Origin: a virus
Length of the DNA: 64,000 nucleotides
Virus record (IMG/VR): IMGVR_UViG_3300042503_002645
Span: 55,045-119,044 of that record
Reading direction: 5' to 3' (one strand)
Both the position numbers and the translations under genes were made by a program. Position 1 is the stretch's first letter. The number at the start of each line of letters is the position of its first letter. The notes under the pieces were generated by a model that made no database searches, was not told the origin of the DNA, and saw only the letters and a list, made by a program, of their open reading frames with translations. Below, in pieces: positions 29,839 to 39,277 of this stretch.

Positions 29839-30140
29839 GCACGCCCGATCCGACCCGATCCAAACTGCTGTTCGGCAACAGGCACCAGGCCAAAGCCGAC
29901 GGTGTGGAGACCGTCGCGATCAAGGTGCGGTTGCGCGATTTCCGCGGACGGCCGATTGCCGGGCGGTACGTCGAGCTGATGGCTGACCGAGATGGCGTGG
30001 AGATCGAGCAGCCCGGCCCGACAGATGCGACCGGGCTGGCTATTGGGCTGGTCCGCGCTACGACCCCCGGGCCGGTCAACATTAACGGCGTCGTCCTGCC
30101 GGAAGAAGAGCTTGGGTCGTCTTCCACTGCGCTAATTTAA
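29835..30140 (+). CDS. Stand-alone bacterial Ig-like (Big_1, invasin/intimin-type) domain protein
   Basis: 'KADGVETVAIKVRLRD..GRPIAG..V...TDATGLA...ATTPG' fits the Big_1 pattern. Confidence 0.7.
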   Translation: MSTPDPTRSKLLFGNRHQAKADGVETVAIKVRLRDFRGRPIAGRYVELMADRDGVEIEQPGPTDATGLAIGLVRATTPGPVNINGVVLPEEELGSSSTALI

Positions 30141-30171
30141 CATGCCTCTGTGAAATGCCAGGGAGGGCAGC

Positions 30172-30714
30172 ATGAGTTGCGAACAGTCTTCTTCGTTTGG
30201 CGGCGCGATTGAGCTTAACGAAGCAATCGGGATCAACTTTTACGCACCGGATGCGCCGGTCGAGCCGCCCAGCACAAGCGGCCGCCGCGTCCGCCTCACC
30301 TGGAGCGTGAGTCGGTACAACTTCCACGGCACCGACGGCATCCGCGTGCGCATCGAGGCGGCGGACGCCGAGTTGATGTCGGACAAGGTGTTCGCCTACC
30401 TGCTTCTGCCGATGAAGCCCGCGGCTGGTGAACGCGAAGGCGCGTTCAGCCATGTCTGCTCGCCAACGGACCTCGCCGAGTACCCCGAGGACGAGCCGAT
30501 TCCCGGCGTCCGCCCGGAGTTCTTTCGGCTCAACTACGTCGACGTGCAGCTGCGCTCGCGCTCTGAAGCCAAGGCGTTCATTCAGGACGTCACCGATGAC
30601 GTGCAGCGACTCAAGACTACGTTGGACATCATGGACACGCTGCAGACGGGCGGCTCGGTGTGGATCGGCGACGAGCCAGAGCCGGAAGTTTCCTCCTCGG
30701 AGAGTATCGGATGA
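30172..30714 (+). CDS. Hypothetical protein
   Basis: GGGAGG SD; 180 aa. Confidence 0.65.
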   Translation: MSCEQSSSFGGAIELNEAIGINFYAPDAPVEPPSTSGRRVRLTWSVSRYNFHGTDGIRVRIEAADAELMSDKVFAYLLLPMKPAAGEREGAFSHVCSPTDLAEYPEDEPIPGVRPEFFRLNYVDVQLRSRSEAKAFIQDVTDDVQRLKTTLDIMDTLQTGGSVWIGDEPEPEVSSSESIG

Positions 30715-31013
30715 CGGAGCTGGCGATCATTGAAGACAGCACGATCCTGACGATGCTGCGCGACCCGCGCTTCACCGAGGCTATTCCATGCCTAGCGAAC
30801 AAGCTCGCGCTGTTCAAGCAGGCTGCGGGCGGCTGCGGCACCTGCGCTCAGAAGCGCAAGGAAAAGCAGCGGACCGAGATGGCCAAGATCAAGTCGTGCC
30901 TGGCGGCGCTGGCCCCCGACAAGAAAGTCGCGCTGAAGCAGCTGCTCGACGCAAAGAAAGTTCGCGTTACGTACGTTAACGCCGCAGGCACGGTGGTGCA
31001 GCTAACGTTCTGA
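30711..31013 (+). CDS. Small basic CxxC protein
   Basis: ATGA overlap; 'GGCGTC'; last gene before an AT-richer gap. Confidence 0.6.
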   Translation: MTELAIIEDSTILTMLRDPRFTEAIPCLANKLALFKQAAGGCGTCAQKRKEKQRTEMAKIKSCLAALAPDKKVALKQLLDAKKVRVTYVNAAGTVVQLTF

Positions 31014-31099
31014 CAACCAGCTAAATTTTGGCAAAAACTCCGGCATATTAGGTGTACCACCAACATTGGTTTTGGCGGTAGTCACCACGGAGGTTTGTC

Positions 31100-31471
31100 A
31101 TGGCTCTTGCCACCTGGAACGAGTTGGAGACGATCGAGGGGATCATCGGAGGGCTCGTTACGCCCGAGGCGCTGCCGTTCGCGCAGCTCTCAACCGACGA
31201 GCAGGCTGCCGTGATCAACGAGATCGATGACGTCATTGAGGACGTCGCGCCCAGCGTCACCGAGCGGTACGCCGAGTTGGACAACCCGGCACAGCGCAAC
31301 GACCGCCTCCGCGCCTATCGGGAGGAGCTGCTGCGCCGCAAAGATCCCTCGGTGCGCGACGCCTGGGCGTCGTACTTCGACGCCTTGATGGGCGTCTGCC
31401 TTCGGAACGCCTCCGCTCCCCGGAACTACTCGATCGACGAGTCCGGGGTAGTGGTGACGTTCGCCGCCTGA
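31100..31471 (+). CDS. Hypothetical protein
   Basis: GGAGG SD, ATG. Confidence 0.65.
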   Translation: MALATWNELETIEGIIGGLVTPEALPFAQLSTDEQAAVINEIDDVIEDVAPSVTERYAELDNPAQRNDRLRAYREELLRRKDPSVRDAWASYFDALMGVCLRNASAPRNYSIDESGVVVTFAA

Positions 31472-31597
31472 TAGGTGCGTCATGTTTCGGCTATGTGGCC
31501 GGACACGACTCATATCTACCCAGATATGATCGTGCTCTGGCCACATAGCCGTTGCGTATCTATCGTGTCTCCTTTTCCTTTGCTATCAGGGATTCCT

Positions 31598-32131
31598 GTG
31601 AAAAAGCACACCCTCGAAAAAAGACCGCCAACGAAGCGGCCGCCTTTTGTGATGAAGGAGCCAAACGACAATCTCGAGGCGTATGGTTTCTCTCTTCGCA
31701 CGTTGCGGGACCGTACAGAGCTCGACCTGGCCGGGCGGCCGCTGTTCCAGATTGCCATCGACATCAAGGAGATGCGCAAGTACGGGGTCGAACTCGAGTT
31801 CCTCGACCCGAATTACCTGCACTACATGCTTGAGCAGCGCCCCGAGATTAAGAAGGGGGCAGAAAAAGCCAGGGCCGCGGGTTATTCACCCGAGGCCCTG
31901 GAGAAGTTCAAGAACACCGTAGTCAAGGTCTTCGAAGAACACGTGCTGGTCGACATCGTCCAGCGGTTTTTCAAAGTCTCGTCACTCGTCGCCCAGTTCT
32001 ATGCGGCCAAGCTTGCCTATGAAGACACGTTTGGCCGCGACGACGAAGACGAGGACGCGGCGCAGGAAGCCGCGCCCAAAAAGAAAAAGCCGCCTCAAAT
32101 CGACGCCAAGACCACGAAGTCCCGGCGGTAG
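31598..32131 (+). CDS. Hypothetical protein
   Basis: Codon bias good from about 31598; start uncertain (GTG 31598 or ATG 31652). Confidence 0.55.
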   Translation: MKKHTLEKRPPTKRPPFVMKEPNDNLEAYGFSLRTLRDRTELDLAGRPLFQIAIDIKEMRKYGVELEFLDPNYLHYMLEQRPEIKKGAEKARAAGYSPEALEKFKNTVVKVFEEHVLVDIVQRFFKVSSLVAQFYAAKLAYEDTFGRDDEDEDAAQEAAPKKKKPPQIDAKTTKSRR

Positions 32132-32370
32132 CCAGCGACCGGCCCGCGCTTGCCCATAAGCAGCTCGTCATCGGTCTTCCCGTCGGCGTCGACCGGGTAA
32201 GGTCCGCTGGCATTCGAGACGCCCGGCCTGTTCAGTCCGGCCTCAGCGGCCTTCTGCAATACCATGTTCGACGTGGAGGCGGCGAGCAGGTCCTCGATGC
32301 TCTTGCTCGTGACCGTGAAGTCGGCCCGCCCGTTCGTGACCTTCGACAACTCGTTCAAAATGGAAACCAT
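32095..32370 (-). CDS. Hypothetical protein (91 aa)
   Basis: GGAGGTG SD on the minus strand just upstream of ATG 32370. Confidence 0.6.
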   Translation of the reverse strand: MVSILNELSKVTNGRADFTVTSKSIEDLLAASTSNMVLQKAAEAGLNRPGVSNASGPYPVDADGKTDDELLMGKRGPVAGYRRDFVVLASI

Positions 32371-32836
32371 GGAAAACACCTCCGAGAGTGAATTGGCCGT
32401 AACGGTGGCCAGTCTAACGCCGATTCTGAAGCTCGACAAGCTGCAGCTGCGCATGCTTACGGGCGGCTACAGTGATCTTGAGCCGCTGCCCAAATCACGT
32501 GTCGGCATACTGCTGCTGGCCGACCTGCTTGAACGCCTGGCGTTTTTGACGCCGAGTCAACGGCAGACAGTTCTTGCGCACTACAAGCCCGACCTACCGG
32601 CCACCTTCCCCGTGTGGGAAACGTTGGCGTTCGCCGACGGAAACTGGTGTACCTGGACCGGCCAAACCGGCTGGCTCGACCTCACCACGGGCGACGTCGT
32701 CGAAGCCCTCCCCGCCGCTCCGGTGGAGACCATTGGGTACAATCTGGTAACGCGCTACGTGCGAGCAATGGCGCAGCTTAGGAAAAGGACTTCCGATGGC
32801 GAAAAACATCCTGCAGGAAGCATGGACCAGCCGTGA
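32369..32836 (+). CDS. Hypothetical protein
   Basis: ORF leading into the next operon; start uncertain (ATG 32369 or GTG 32405). Confidence 0.5.
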   Translation: MENTSESELAVTVASLTPILKLDKLQLRMLTGGYSDLEPLPKSRVGILLLADLLERLAFLTPSQRQTVLAHYKPDLPATFPVWETLAFADGNWCTWTGQTGWLDLTTGDVVEALPAAPVETIGYNLVTRYVRAMAQLRKRTSDGEKHPAGSMDQP

Positions 32837-33470
32837 AACCTTCGCGTCGGTGCTGCTGACGCTATTCCTGGACCGGTTCGGCACGGAAGCGCTCGAGTGG
32901 GAAGCTTCCACGATCGCCCTGGAAATCGAGGAGGAGTTCGACGTCGATCTGTCGCGCCTGAGCTTCGACAAGCTTATGGTCGCCGTGCAGATCCTGACGA
33001 CGGATCGTTTCCACAAGAGCCTTCCAGACTTCATCGAGTTCTGTAACGTCCTGAACGGGGACATCTACGACCCCAACACGTTCGACCCGGCCGACGCCGA
33101 AGACGTGGCCTGGGGCATCACCGAGGCGCTGCTGATCGCGCCCCCGGACGACGATGACCCTGAGCCGTTCACGGCCGAAATTCGGGCCTACATCGGCGCC
33201 GTCCTCGACCAAGAGGGGATCATCAACGCGCCGGACATTTTGCGCATTGCTTTGCGCAAGGCCCGAGTCTCGCCCGCGATCGGTGATTTCTCTGACGACC
33301 CGGAAATGTTCTCGGCGATCTACGAAGTCGAGGCTGGGAAGACAGAAGAAATCAACCAGACCATCCGCACTAAGACGCAGATTCTTGCGGCCCAGCTTGC
33401 CGCACTGCACCTGACCAATGGAAACACTCAGTCTGTAGCCAAGTTGCTGGGCGATTCTGCGCAGCGCTAG
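32796..33470 (+). CDS. Hypothetical acidic protein
   Basis: AAGGA SD; strong codon bias. Confidence 0.7.
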   Translation: MAKNILQEAWTSRETFASVLLTLFLDRFGTEALEWEASTIALEIEEEFDVDLSRLSFDKLMVAVQILTTDRFHKSLPDFIEFCNVLNGDIYDPNTFDPADAEDVAWGITEALLIAPPDDDDPEPFTAEIRAYIGAVLDQEGIINAPDILRIALRKARVSPAIGDFSDDPEMFSAIYEVEAGKTEEINQTIRTKTQILAAQLAALHLTNGNTQSVAKLLGDSAQR

Positions 33471-33485
33471 GCAGAAAGGATTCCC

Positions 33486-33680
33486 GTGCTCGTTCTCTCG
33501 CGCAAGCGGAACGAAAAGATCAACATCGGCAAAAATATCAAAATCACAGTCGTCGAGATTTTGCACGACCGCGTTCGACTGGGGATCGAGGCGCCCGCGG
33601 AACTGACAATCGTCCGCGAAGAGATAGCCGACAGCTGGCGCAAGGGCAAAGAAAAGGCCAACGGCAATGGGGTGGAATGA
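33486..33680 (+). CDS. csrA: Carbon storage regulator CsrA/RsmA
   Basis: 'MLVLSRKRNEKINIG..IKITVVEI..DRVRLGIEAP....IVREEI' is the canonical CsrA sequence. Confidence 0.93.
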   Translation: MLVLSRKRNEKINIGKNIKITVVEILHDRVRLGIEAPAELTIVREEIADSWRKGKEKANGNGVE

Positions 33681-33945
33681 CCGCCTCGCCGAAGATCCCT
33701 ACGAACAATCTGATGAGCAGCGCCAGGAGTATCTCGACTGGCAGGAATTCCAGCACTATCTTGCGTCCATAGAAGACGCTGCTCTTGAGCCGCCTGCTCC
33801 GGCTCCGCCATGTCCCGACCGCCTGGCCATTGATATCTTTGGCCTGGCCGGGTTCCCTACCTCAGAAACACCATGCAACGCACCAGAGAAGAAAGAGCCA
33901 AAGTCACCCGGCAGCGGATGCTCGCAGAGGTCAGGAAAGACCTAA
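33667..33945 (+). CDS. Hypothetical protein
   Basis: Overlaps the end of csrA; 92 aa. Confidence 0.45.
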   Translation: MGWNDRLAEDPYEQSDEQRQEYLDWQEFQHYLASIEDAALEPPAPAPPCPDRLAIDIFGLAGFPTSETPCNAPEKKEPKSPGSGCSQRSGKT

Positions 33946-34166
33946 GACACATCTGTGACGAGACGTTCTCGTACAAGATGCACTATCTCAACAACGGCCA
34001 GACGGCGTTGATCCGGCGCGAGGCGTACCGCCTGCGGCTCCTCATCGAGGATTGCTGCGCGGCCGAAGCCCCGCCGCCCATCCCGTCGAAGAAGAAGCGA
34101 ACCGGCCCACTTCTCAAAAAAGTGAAGCACCGCGGCAGCAAAGCAAAAGATCAAGCGCCGCCGTAA
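33873..34166 (+). CDS. Small basic hypothetical protein
   Basis: 97 aa; ends abutting the convergent gene. Confidence 0.45.
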   Translation: MQRTREERAKVTRQRMLAEVRKDLRHICDETFSYKMHYLNNGQTALIRREAYRLRLLIEDCCAAEAPPPIPSKKKRTGPLLKKVKHRGSKAKDQAPP

Positions 34167-35342
34167 TCAGTCTTCGCGCGCCAGCTCGTAAAGCCGGTCC
34201 AGCGGAAGCAGGTTGTCAGCCGCGGCTGACTTCACGGCAGGCGCCAGCCCTTTCTCCGCAGCCAACCGATCGAGCGTGGACGCCATGCCGCGGTCCAGGG
34301 TGGGCACGATGGACGCAAGCTTGTCACGGTCGAGGTATACGCCTCCGGCCGTCACGGCATCCGCGAACTCGTCGCCCATCCAGGACCGGACGTCTTCCTC
34401 GGCAAGCTTCTCGAGATCCTCGAGGTTGTAGACGTTGCCGGTGGTGGTCTCGACGTGCGCCTTCATGAAGTCCGCGGCCACCTTTTCGGTGATCGCAAAC
34501 AGGACCTCTTCGGGACGCGTCAGGCCGCCCTCGTCATAGAGCCGCGCAAGTCCGGTCGCCCGGTCGTATTCGTCGACCGCGGCGGCCAGCTTCAGCCGCA
34601 TCGCCTCGCTGCGGGCCTCCTCGGGGTTCGCCTCGACCACACCGGCAAGCTTCGTCATCTCTGCGGCCAGTTCTTTCTGGCTGTGCGCGACGAGGCTCGC
34701 CCGGTTCCGCAGCATGTCGGCGGCAACCTTGGCCGCGCACGCGCCCCGGCCAGCAGCCAGCTCCAGGGCGTCGTCCGCTTCGCGCGTATCGACGCCGTAC
34801 GCGGCGGCCTTTTCGAGAATCTTGTTGGCGATCGTGTGGCGATCGGCGAAGGTGAACTGGTCGCGGTGCGCCTTAAAGTGCGCGGCCGCGAACTTGACCT
34901 CGGCGCCGTTGCGCAGCGGCCAATGTCGGTCCTTGTTACCGGCTTCGTCCGCCCAAACGATGGCGAACTCGCTGTCCGGAAGGTTGTCCAAATCCACGCC
35001 CTGCGCGGCTGACACCTTCTCGCGGAGTTCCTTCACGAGGCCCGTGATGCCAAAATGATAGGCGGCGCTCTCGAGCCGGGCGGTGATGTCGGCGGCCTGC
35101 TTCTCGGAAAACGAGGCGCGCTTGTCTTCAAAGAAAAGAGCGCTGAGCCACGTTGCAGCCGCGGTGTGGCACGGATAGAGTTTGTTGAACTGGTCGGCGT
35201 ACATGTGCCGCTGGAGGTTTTCACCCCCATGCAGCCGTTCCTGGCTGGCCGACTTCACGAAATCCGGCGGCGGGTATAGGGAGGTCAGCCGGTGAGTTTC
35301 CCGACCACTAACGTCCTGAGCCTGATCGAGCGGATTTGACAT
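34167..35342 (-). CDS. Hypothetical protein, possibly head-associated
   Basis: Strong codon bias; two related segments ('LYPCHT.AA.WLSALFF', 'HWPLRN.AEVKFAAAHF'); several KxA motifs. Confidence 0.65.
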   Translation of the reverse strand: MSNPLDQAQDVSGRETHRLTSLYPPPDFVKSASQERLHGGENLQRHMYADQFNKLYPCHTAAATWLSALFFEDKRASFSEKQAADITARLESAAYHFGITGLVKELREKVSAAQGVDLDNLPDSEFAIVWADEAGNKDRHWPLRNGAEVKFAAAHFKAHRDQFTFADRHTIANKILEKAAAYGVDTREADDALELAAGRGACAAKVAADMLRNRASLVAHSQKELAAEMTKLAGVVEANPEEARSEAMRLKLAAAVDEYDRATGLARLYDEGGLTRPEEVLFAITEKVAADFMKAHVETTTGNVYNLEDLEKLAEEDVRSWMGDEFADAVTAGGVYLDRDKLASIVPTLDRGMASTLDRLAAEKGLAPAVKSAAADNLLPLDRLYELARED

Positions 35343-37977
35343 GGCGTCGTTACCTGTATCTTTAGTCCGCCGACACAACCATCTCAGCGCCCTGTCGGCT
35401 CTGGGCATTCTGCCGGAAAAGCCCGCGTTTCCAGCGGTCGTCGATTGTCCGTTCTGCCAGCAACCTCAACTGTACTTGTTCGATGACGTGGTGACAGACG
35501 GTATCTGGACGCACTGCGAAGCCTGCCGTGCGCATGGAGATATCATAACCTGTGGCGCGTTAATCTGGAACAATAGCCGCGCCGAGGCGCTGACGCGGCT
35601 GGTAGACCTGGGTGCAGCCAGTCAAGGCGAAGCCGATCGGCTGTCCGGAGACTATTTCCGGGCAATAAATCGGCTGGAAGCGGCCGAGGCGTTCTGGAAT
35701 CTGGCACGCGAGCAGATCTGGAACCACCACGACGACGTTATCGCGTGCCGTCAGCGCGAGCTAGGGTTTGATAACACGATCGACGCCTGCGCCGATGTTG
35801 TTGGCGTGGCGCATCCCGATCAAGTCGCCGAGTTCTGCCGCGCCGTCGGCCGGGCCGTACCACCGCGCATGCGTGAACACGGTCCCAGCCTGGTCCTGCC
35901 GTACTACGACTTGCCCGGGCGGCTCACGGGCGTACTGCTCGTCCAGTACAACGACGATTTCATGTCGCGGCGCACGTTTATCGCGCTGCAGGGCTGCCCA
36001 AAACGCCGGGCGGACGCCGGGTACTTCATGCTCAACACGGTTCTGCTGCCCTGCAATCCGGCGCTGCGCGACTCGTACTTCGTCTCCGACGACCCGTTCT
36101 GGGTAATCCGCGCGCAGATGGCGCAGCGGAAAGCGGGCCTGACGGCGCTGCCGCTGGCGGCCAGCTATTCTGGTCCGGAGGCCGTGAGCACCGGGCTGAA
36201 CTGGCAATCGTTCGCGCCAACGCCCCGGTTCTTCCACAGCGCGCTTCTGACGCCGGATGTTATCTCGCAGGCCTGCACGGCCAAAGGTTACGTCTGCGTC
36301 CTACCCAACCAAAGCGTTGAGTCGCGGGCCACGCCGGTGCGCAACATGCAGCGCCTGGCCGCAATACGGCGGCAGGCGCAAACCTGGCAGGCGGCGCTCG
36401 AGTCGGCACTGGCGCACACCAACGAGACAGCTGCGCACTCGTTCATGTCCAAACTGACCATCGCGCTACCCCGGCTGCAGTACTTTTTCCAGAATCGCAA
36501 GCACGATCTCTCGCCCGAGTTCTGCGCGCGCCTGCTGACACAGATCGAGGCGGCACCTGGGCTGCCGACCAAGGTCTACAAGAAAGCAACCATCATCGAG
36601 CGCGACGGGTGTTGGTGGACGCATACCAACCACCAAGTCTGCAACGCTCGGCCGCGCATTTACAAGATCGTGCACTCCGACCAGGGCGAGCGGATGTACG
36701 TCGGCACGGTCGCCATTAACGGCCAGGAGCTGGATTTTGTCGACAGCGCCACGCGTATCGAACGCGTCGGCCTGCTCGCCTTTGCGGCGCAGCACGCTGC
36801 ATCGCACGGGCAACTGCTCCTGTTCGACCGGCACTGGAACGTGAAGAGCCACCTGGTTGCAATGCGGCTGCACGAGCCGGAAATCGTGCATATCTCCGGC
36901 GACGCAGGCTGGAACGAGCAGACCAGTCAATTCTGCTTCAGGAACTACGCGATCAATAACGACGGCAGCGTTACCTCCTGCCCATATCCGCAGATCCAGG
37001 CCGCGCTGCCGAACTTTCCCGAGCCGATCGAGATCGCGCCGGTGACGGTGCATCCGCTGCTGACGCCGTCCTACGAGAACGCCACCATCTGGACCAGTTT
37101 CGCTGCGATCGCCGCCGACTTGCTGGCGCCGGTCCTCAACCAGCAGGCGACGGCCACGGCTGCGACCGGCAGTACGTTCAACACGGCCTTGGAGGTCGGG
37201 TTGAGTCTCGACTGCACCCAGCACCGTTGCTCCAGCTCGCAGCGGCAGAACGCGTCCAGCAGCGTCATTACGCACCTTAAGAACGTCCGCTGGCCGCTTT
37301 TTACCGCCCACGCCTTCGACGACCTGATGCTGTGCCGCACCGTGTTGCGCGTCCCCAACGGGCCGATCTTTGCCCGCTTGGCCGACCTGACCGCGCACCT
37401 GGCGCCAGGCTACGGCTGGCAGGTTATCCGCGGTCCCGGGCTGGACGTTGTGCCCGACCTTTCGGCCCTACGGTACATCCTACCGACGTACATCCAGCGC
37501 GCGCTGACGCGGCGAATGCAGCTCGCGACGCAGAAAGAACACCTGACAACGGCCGTGCTCCAGGACCTCTCCGGGTGGCTCAAAGATATCTATGGCGCAA
37601 CGTTCAACCTGGCGTACGCGACCAACAAGCTGGTCACCCCCGCCCAGGCCCACGAGGCCTTGATGGCGGCGATCAACATCGGTATCACCGCGGGAAAGCT
37701 CGATGTACTCCCCCGGCCACGCCGGAAGGACCAGCAAGGCAACTACCTGCTCCGACAAAAAACAAACTGGTGGTTGAATCAGAAGGCCATAGATCGTTAC
37801 TGTATTTTTGCTGGCGGAGTGATTCCGAATTGGGCGGCAGTTACCGAGTTACTGGCGCAGCGCGGTTTGCTGCACGATGAACAGGTCGTGAACGGCATGC
37901 CGGGCTTGCTGGTCGACAAAGAATGGTGCGACGCTTTCTGGAGCGATTACACAACCAATGCACGCGAACTTGGATAG
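35341..37977 (+). CDS. Large protein with an N-terminal Zn-finger (primase zinc-binding-like); putative replication protein
   Basis: 'CPFC...HCEAC..HGDII' resembles a primase Zn-binding domain; no clear TOPRIM or Walker motifs seen. Confidence 0.55.
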   Translation: MASLPVSLVRRHNHLSALSALGILPEKPAFPAVVDCPFCQQPQLYLFDDVVTDGIWTHCEACRAHGDIITCGALIWNNSRAEALTRLVDLGAASQGEADRLSGDYFRAINRLEAAEAFWNLAREQIWNHHDDVIACRQRELGFDNTIDACADVVGVAHPDQVAEFCRAVGRAVPPRMREHGPSLVLPYYDLPGRLTGVLLVQYNDDFMSRRTFIALQGCPKRRADAGYFMLNTVLLPCNPALRDSYFVSDDPFWVIRAQMAQRKAGLTALPLAASYSGPEAVSTGLNWQSFAPTPRFFHSALLTPDVISQACTAKGYVCVLPNQSVESRATPVRNMQRLAAIRRQAQTWQAALESALAHTNETAAHSFMSKLTIALPRLQYFFQNRKHDLSPEFCARLLTQIEAAPGLPTKVYKKATIIERDGCWWTHTNHQVCNARPRIYKIVHSDQGERMYVGTVAINGQELDFVDSATRIERVGLLAFAAQHAASHGQLLLFDRHWNVKSHLVAMRLHEPEIVHISGDAGWNEQTSQFCFRNYAINNDGSVTSCPYPQIQAALPNFPEPIEIAPVTVHPLLTPSYENATIWTSFAAIAADLLAPVLNQQATATAATGSTFNTALEVGLSLDCTQHRCSSSQRQNASSSVITHLKNVRWPLFTAHAFDDLMLCRTVLRVPNGPIFARLADLTAHLAPGYGWQVIRGPGLDVVPDLSALRYILPTYIQRALTRRMQLATQKEHLTTAVLQDLSGWLKDIYGATFNLAYATNKLVTPAQAHEALMAAINIGITAGKLDVLPRPRRKDQQGNYLLRQKTNWWLNQKAIDRYCIFAGGVIPNWAAVTELLAQRGLLHDEQVVNGMPGLLVDKEWCDAFWSDYTTNARELG

Positions 37978-38284
37978 CAGCGCAACACTCGTGTCTTTCG
38001 AGGCCTACAACGAGCTGGCGAAGCAGTACGCCCGCTTTGACGACGGCCTCGACGACGACTTTGTCGAGGAAGAGTGGCAGTTCGTGCGCGAGGACGACGA
38101 GGACGACGACGAAGACAGCGCGCCGCCAACGCCGGGCTGGCTCTTTACTGACGACGAAGACGACGCCGAAGACGATGAAGACGACGGCGGAGATGACGAC
38201 CAGGACTGGGACGCTGGCACTGAGGACGCTGACGAAAACGAAGACGACGACAACGACTGGTTCGAAGATGACGAGGAGGAGTAA
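37958..38284 (+). CDS. Extremely acidic small protein
   Basis: D/E tracts interspersed with W/F; 108 aa. Confidence 0.55.
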   Translation: MHANLDSSATLVSFEAYNELAKQYARFDDGLDDDFVEEEWQFVREDDEDDDEDSAPPTPGWLFTDDEDDAEDDEDDGGDDDQDWDAGTEDADENEDDDNDWFEDDEEE

Positions 38285-38733
38285 TACAAACTTTTCTACC
38301 GTACGACCGCTTCAACAAGTGTGCGTACTGTTTGGACAACAGACGTTTGTTCAAACAAGCCGTTGAAAGCAAGCAGATACTTCTGGCGCTCGGCGTATCA
38401 GTCGGCGCCAACCGGCCAACGGGCAGCAAGGCCTGGCAGAATCACCCCGCCGTGCGCATGTGGCGTGGGCACGAGCTGGCGCTGGCCATCTACTCCGTGC
38501 ATATCTCGCGCGAATGCCGCCGTCGCGGCTACAAAGACAAACTGCTCGAGGAGTTCCTCGACGTTGTCCGGCGCCTGCGCAAGCCCGGCGAGCCCGCACG
38601 CTATCCGCCGTGGATCCGCGACTGGGGCATTATGTTTAGTCACCGCTCAAACCTTCTACGAAAGGACAAGGACCACTACACGCGGTTTGGCTGGCTCGTA
38701 AAACCAGACCTGCCGTACAAGTGGCCGTGTTGA
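38284..38733 (+). CDS. Pyrimidine-dimer DNA glycosylase/MSMEG_6728-family protein (apparent ATA start)
   Basis: In-frame '(I)QTFLPY....A..LDNRRL.KQ.VE..QIL...WQNHPAVRMWRGHE...SHRSNLLRKD..HY...DLPY.WP'. Confidence 0.85.
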   Translation: MQTFLPYDRFNKCAYCLDNRRLFKQAVESKQILLALGVSVGANRPTGSKAWQNHPAVRMWRGHELALAIYSVHISRECRRRGYKDKLLEEFLDVVRRLRKPGEPARYPPWIRDWGIMFSHRSNLLRKDKDHYTRFGWLVKPDLPYKWPC

Positions 38734-38738
38734 ACAAC

Positions 38739-38975
38739 ATGAACACAAAACCAGACTCAAAAGACGGCGGGCAGGCTTTCCCGGTGACAGACATGAACGG
38801 TGGCCCGGCCTCTGGCGGCATGAGTCTCCGCGACTACTTCGCGGCGGCGGCGCTGCAGGGGTTTTTGGCGCACCCAGACCCCGACCCCGACAAGCCAGCG
38901 GTCACGTTCGCGGCGTGGGCCTACGAACAAGCCGACGCGATGCTCGCCGCGCGCGAGCCGCGGGAGAGGGAGTGA
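38739..38975 (+). CDS. Conserved small phage protein (GGxAFP...GMSLRDYFAA...ADAML)
   Basis: Recognisable widespread phage motif. Confidence 0.75.
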   Translation: MNTKPDSKDGGQAFPVTDMNGGPASGGMSLRDYFAAAALQGFLAHPDPDPDKPAVTFAAWAYEQADAMLAAREPRERE

Positions 38976-39277
38976 TGCGCGATCCCGTAATCTCGTTGTT
39001 TCACCACGCAAACGGCACGCGCGTTGCCATTGTGCAAGAAGAAAGCTCGGCTGATTTTTGGGAGAAACACGACAACCATGACCGCAATAACACGGACGAA
39101 TACATCGAAGACGTTCCGCTGCCGCCGTTGTTTGCCGCGGCCACCGACTTGCTAGCGGCACTCAAGGGTATGGTTGCCATGGTTGAGGCTGAGTACGGCG
39201 GATTTGATGCGGTGCCCGAGTGGCAGGTTGCTACAGAAGCGATCAACAAAGCAGAGAGGAAGGAACGCAACCCGTGA
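38975..39277 (+). CDS. Phage hypothetical protein ('AAxDLLAAL...AINKA' motif)
   Basis: TGATG coupling; common phage C-terminal motif. Confidence 0.6.
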   Translation: MRDPVISLFHHANGTRVAIVQEESSADFWEKHDNHDRNNTDEYIEDVPLPPLFAAATDLLAALKGMVAMVEAEYGGFDAVPEWQVATEAINKAERKERNP

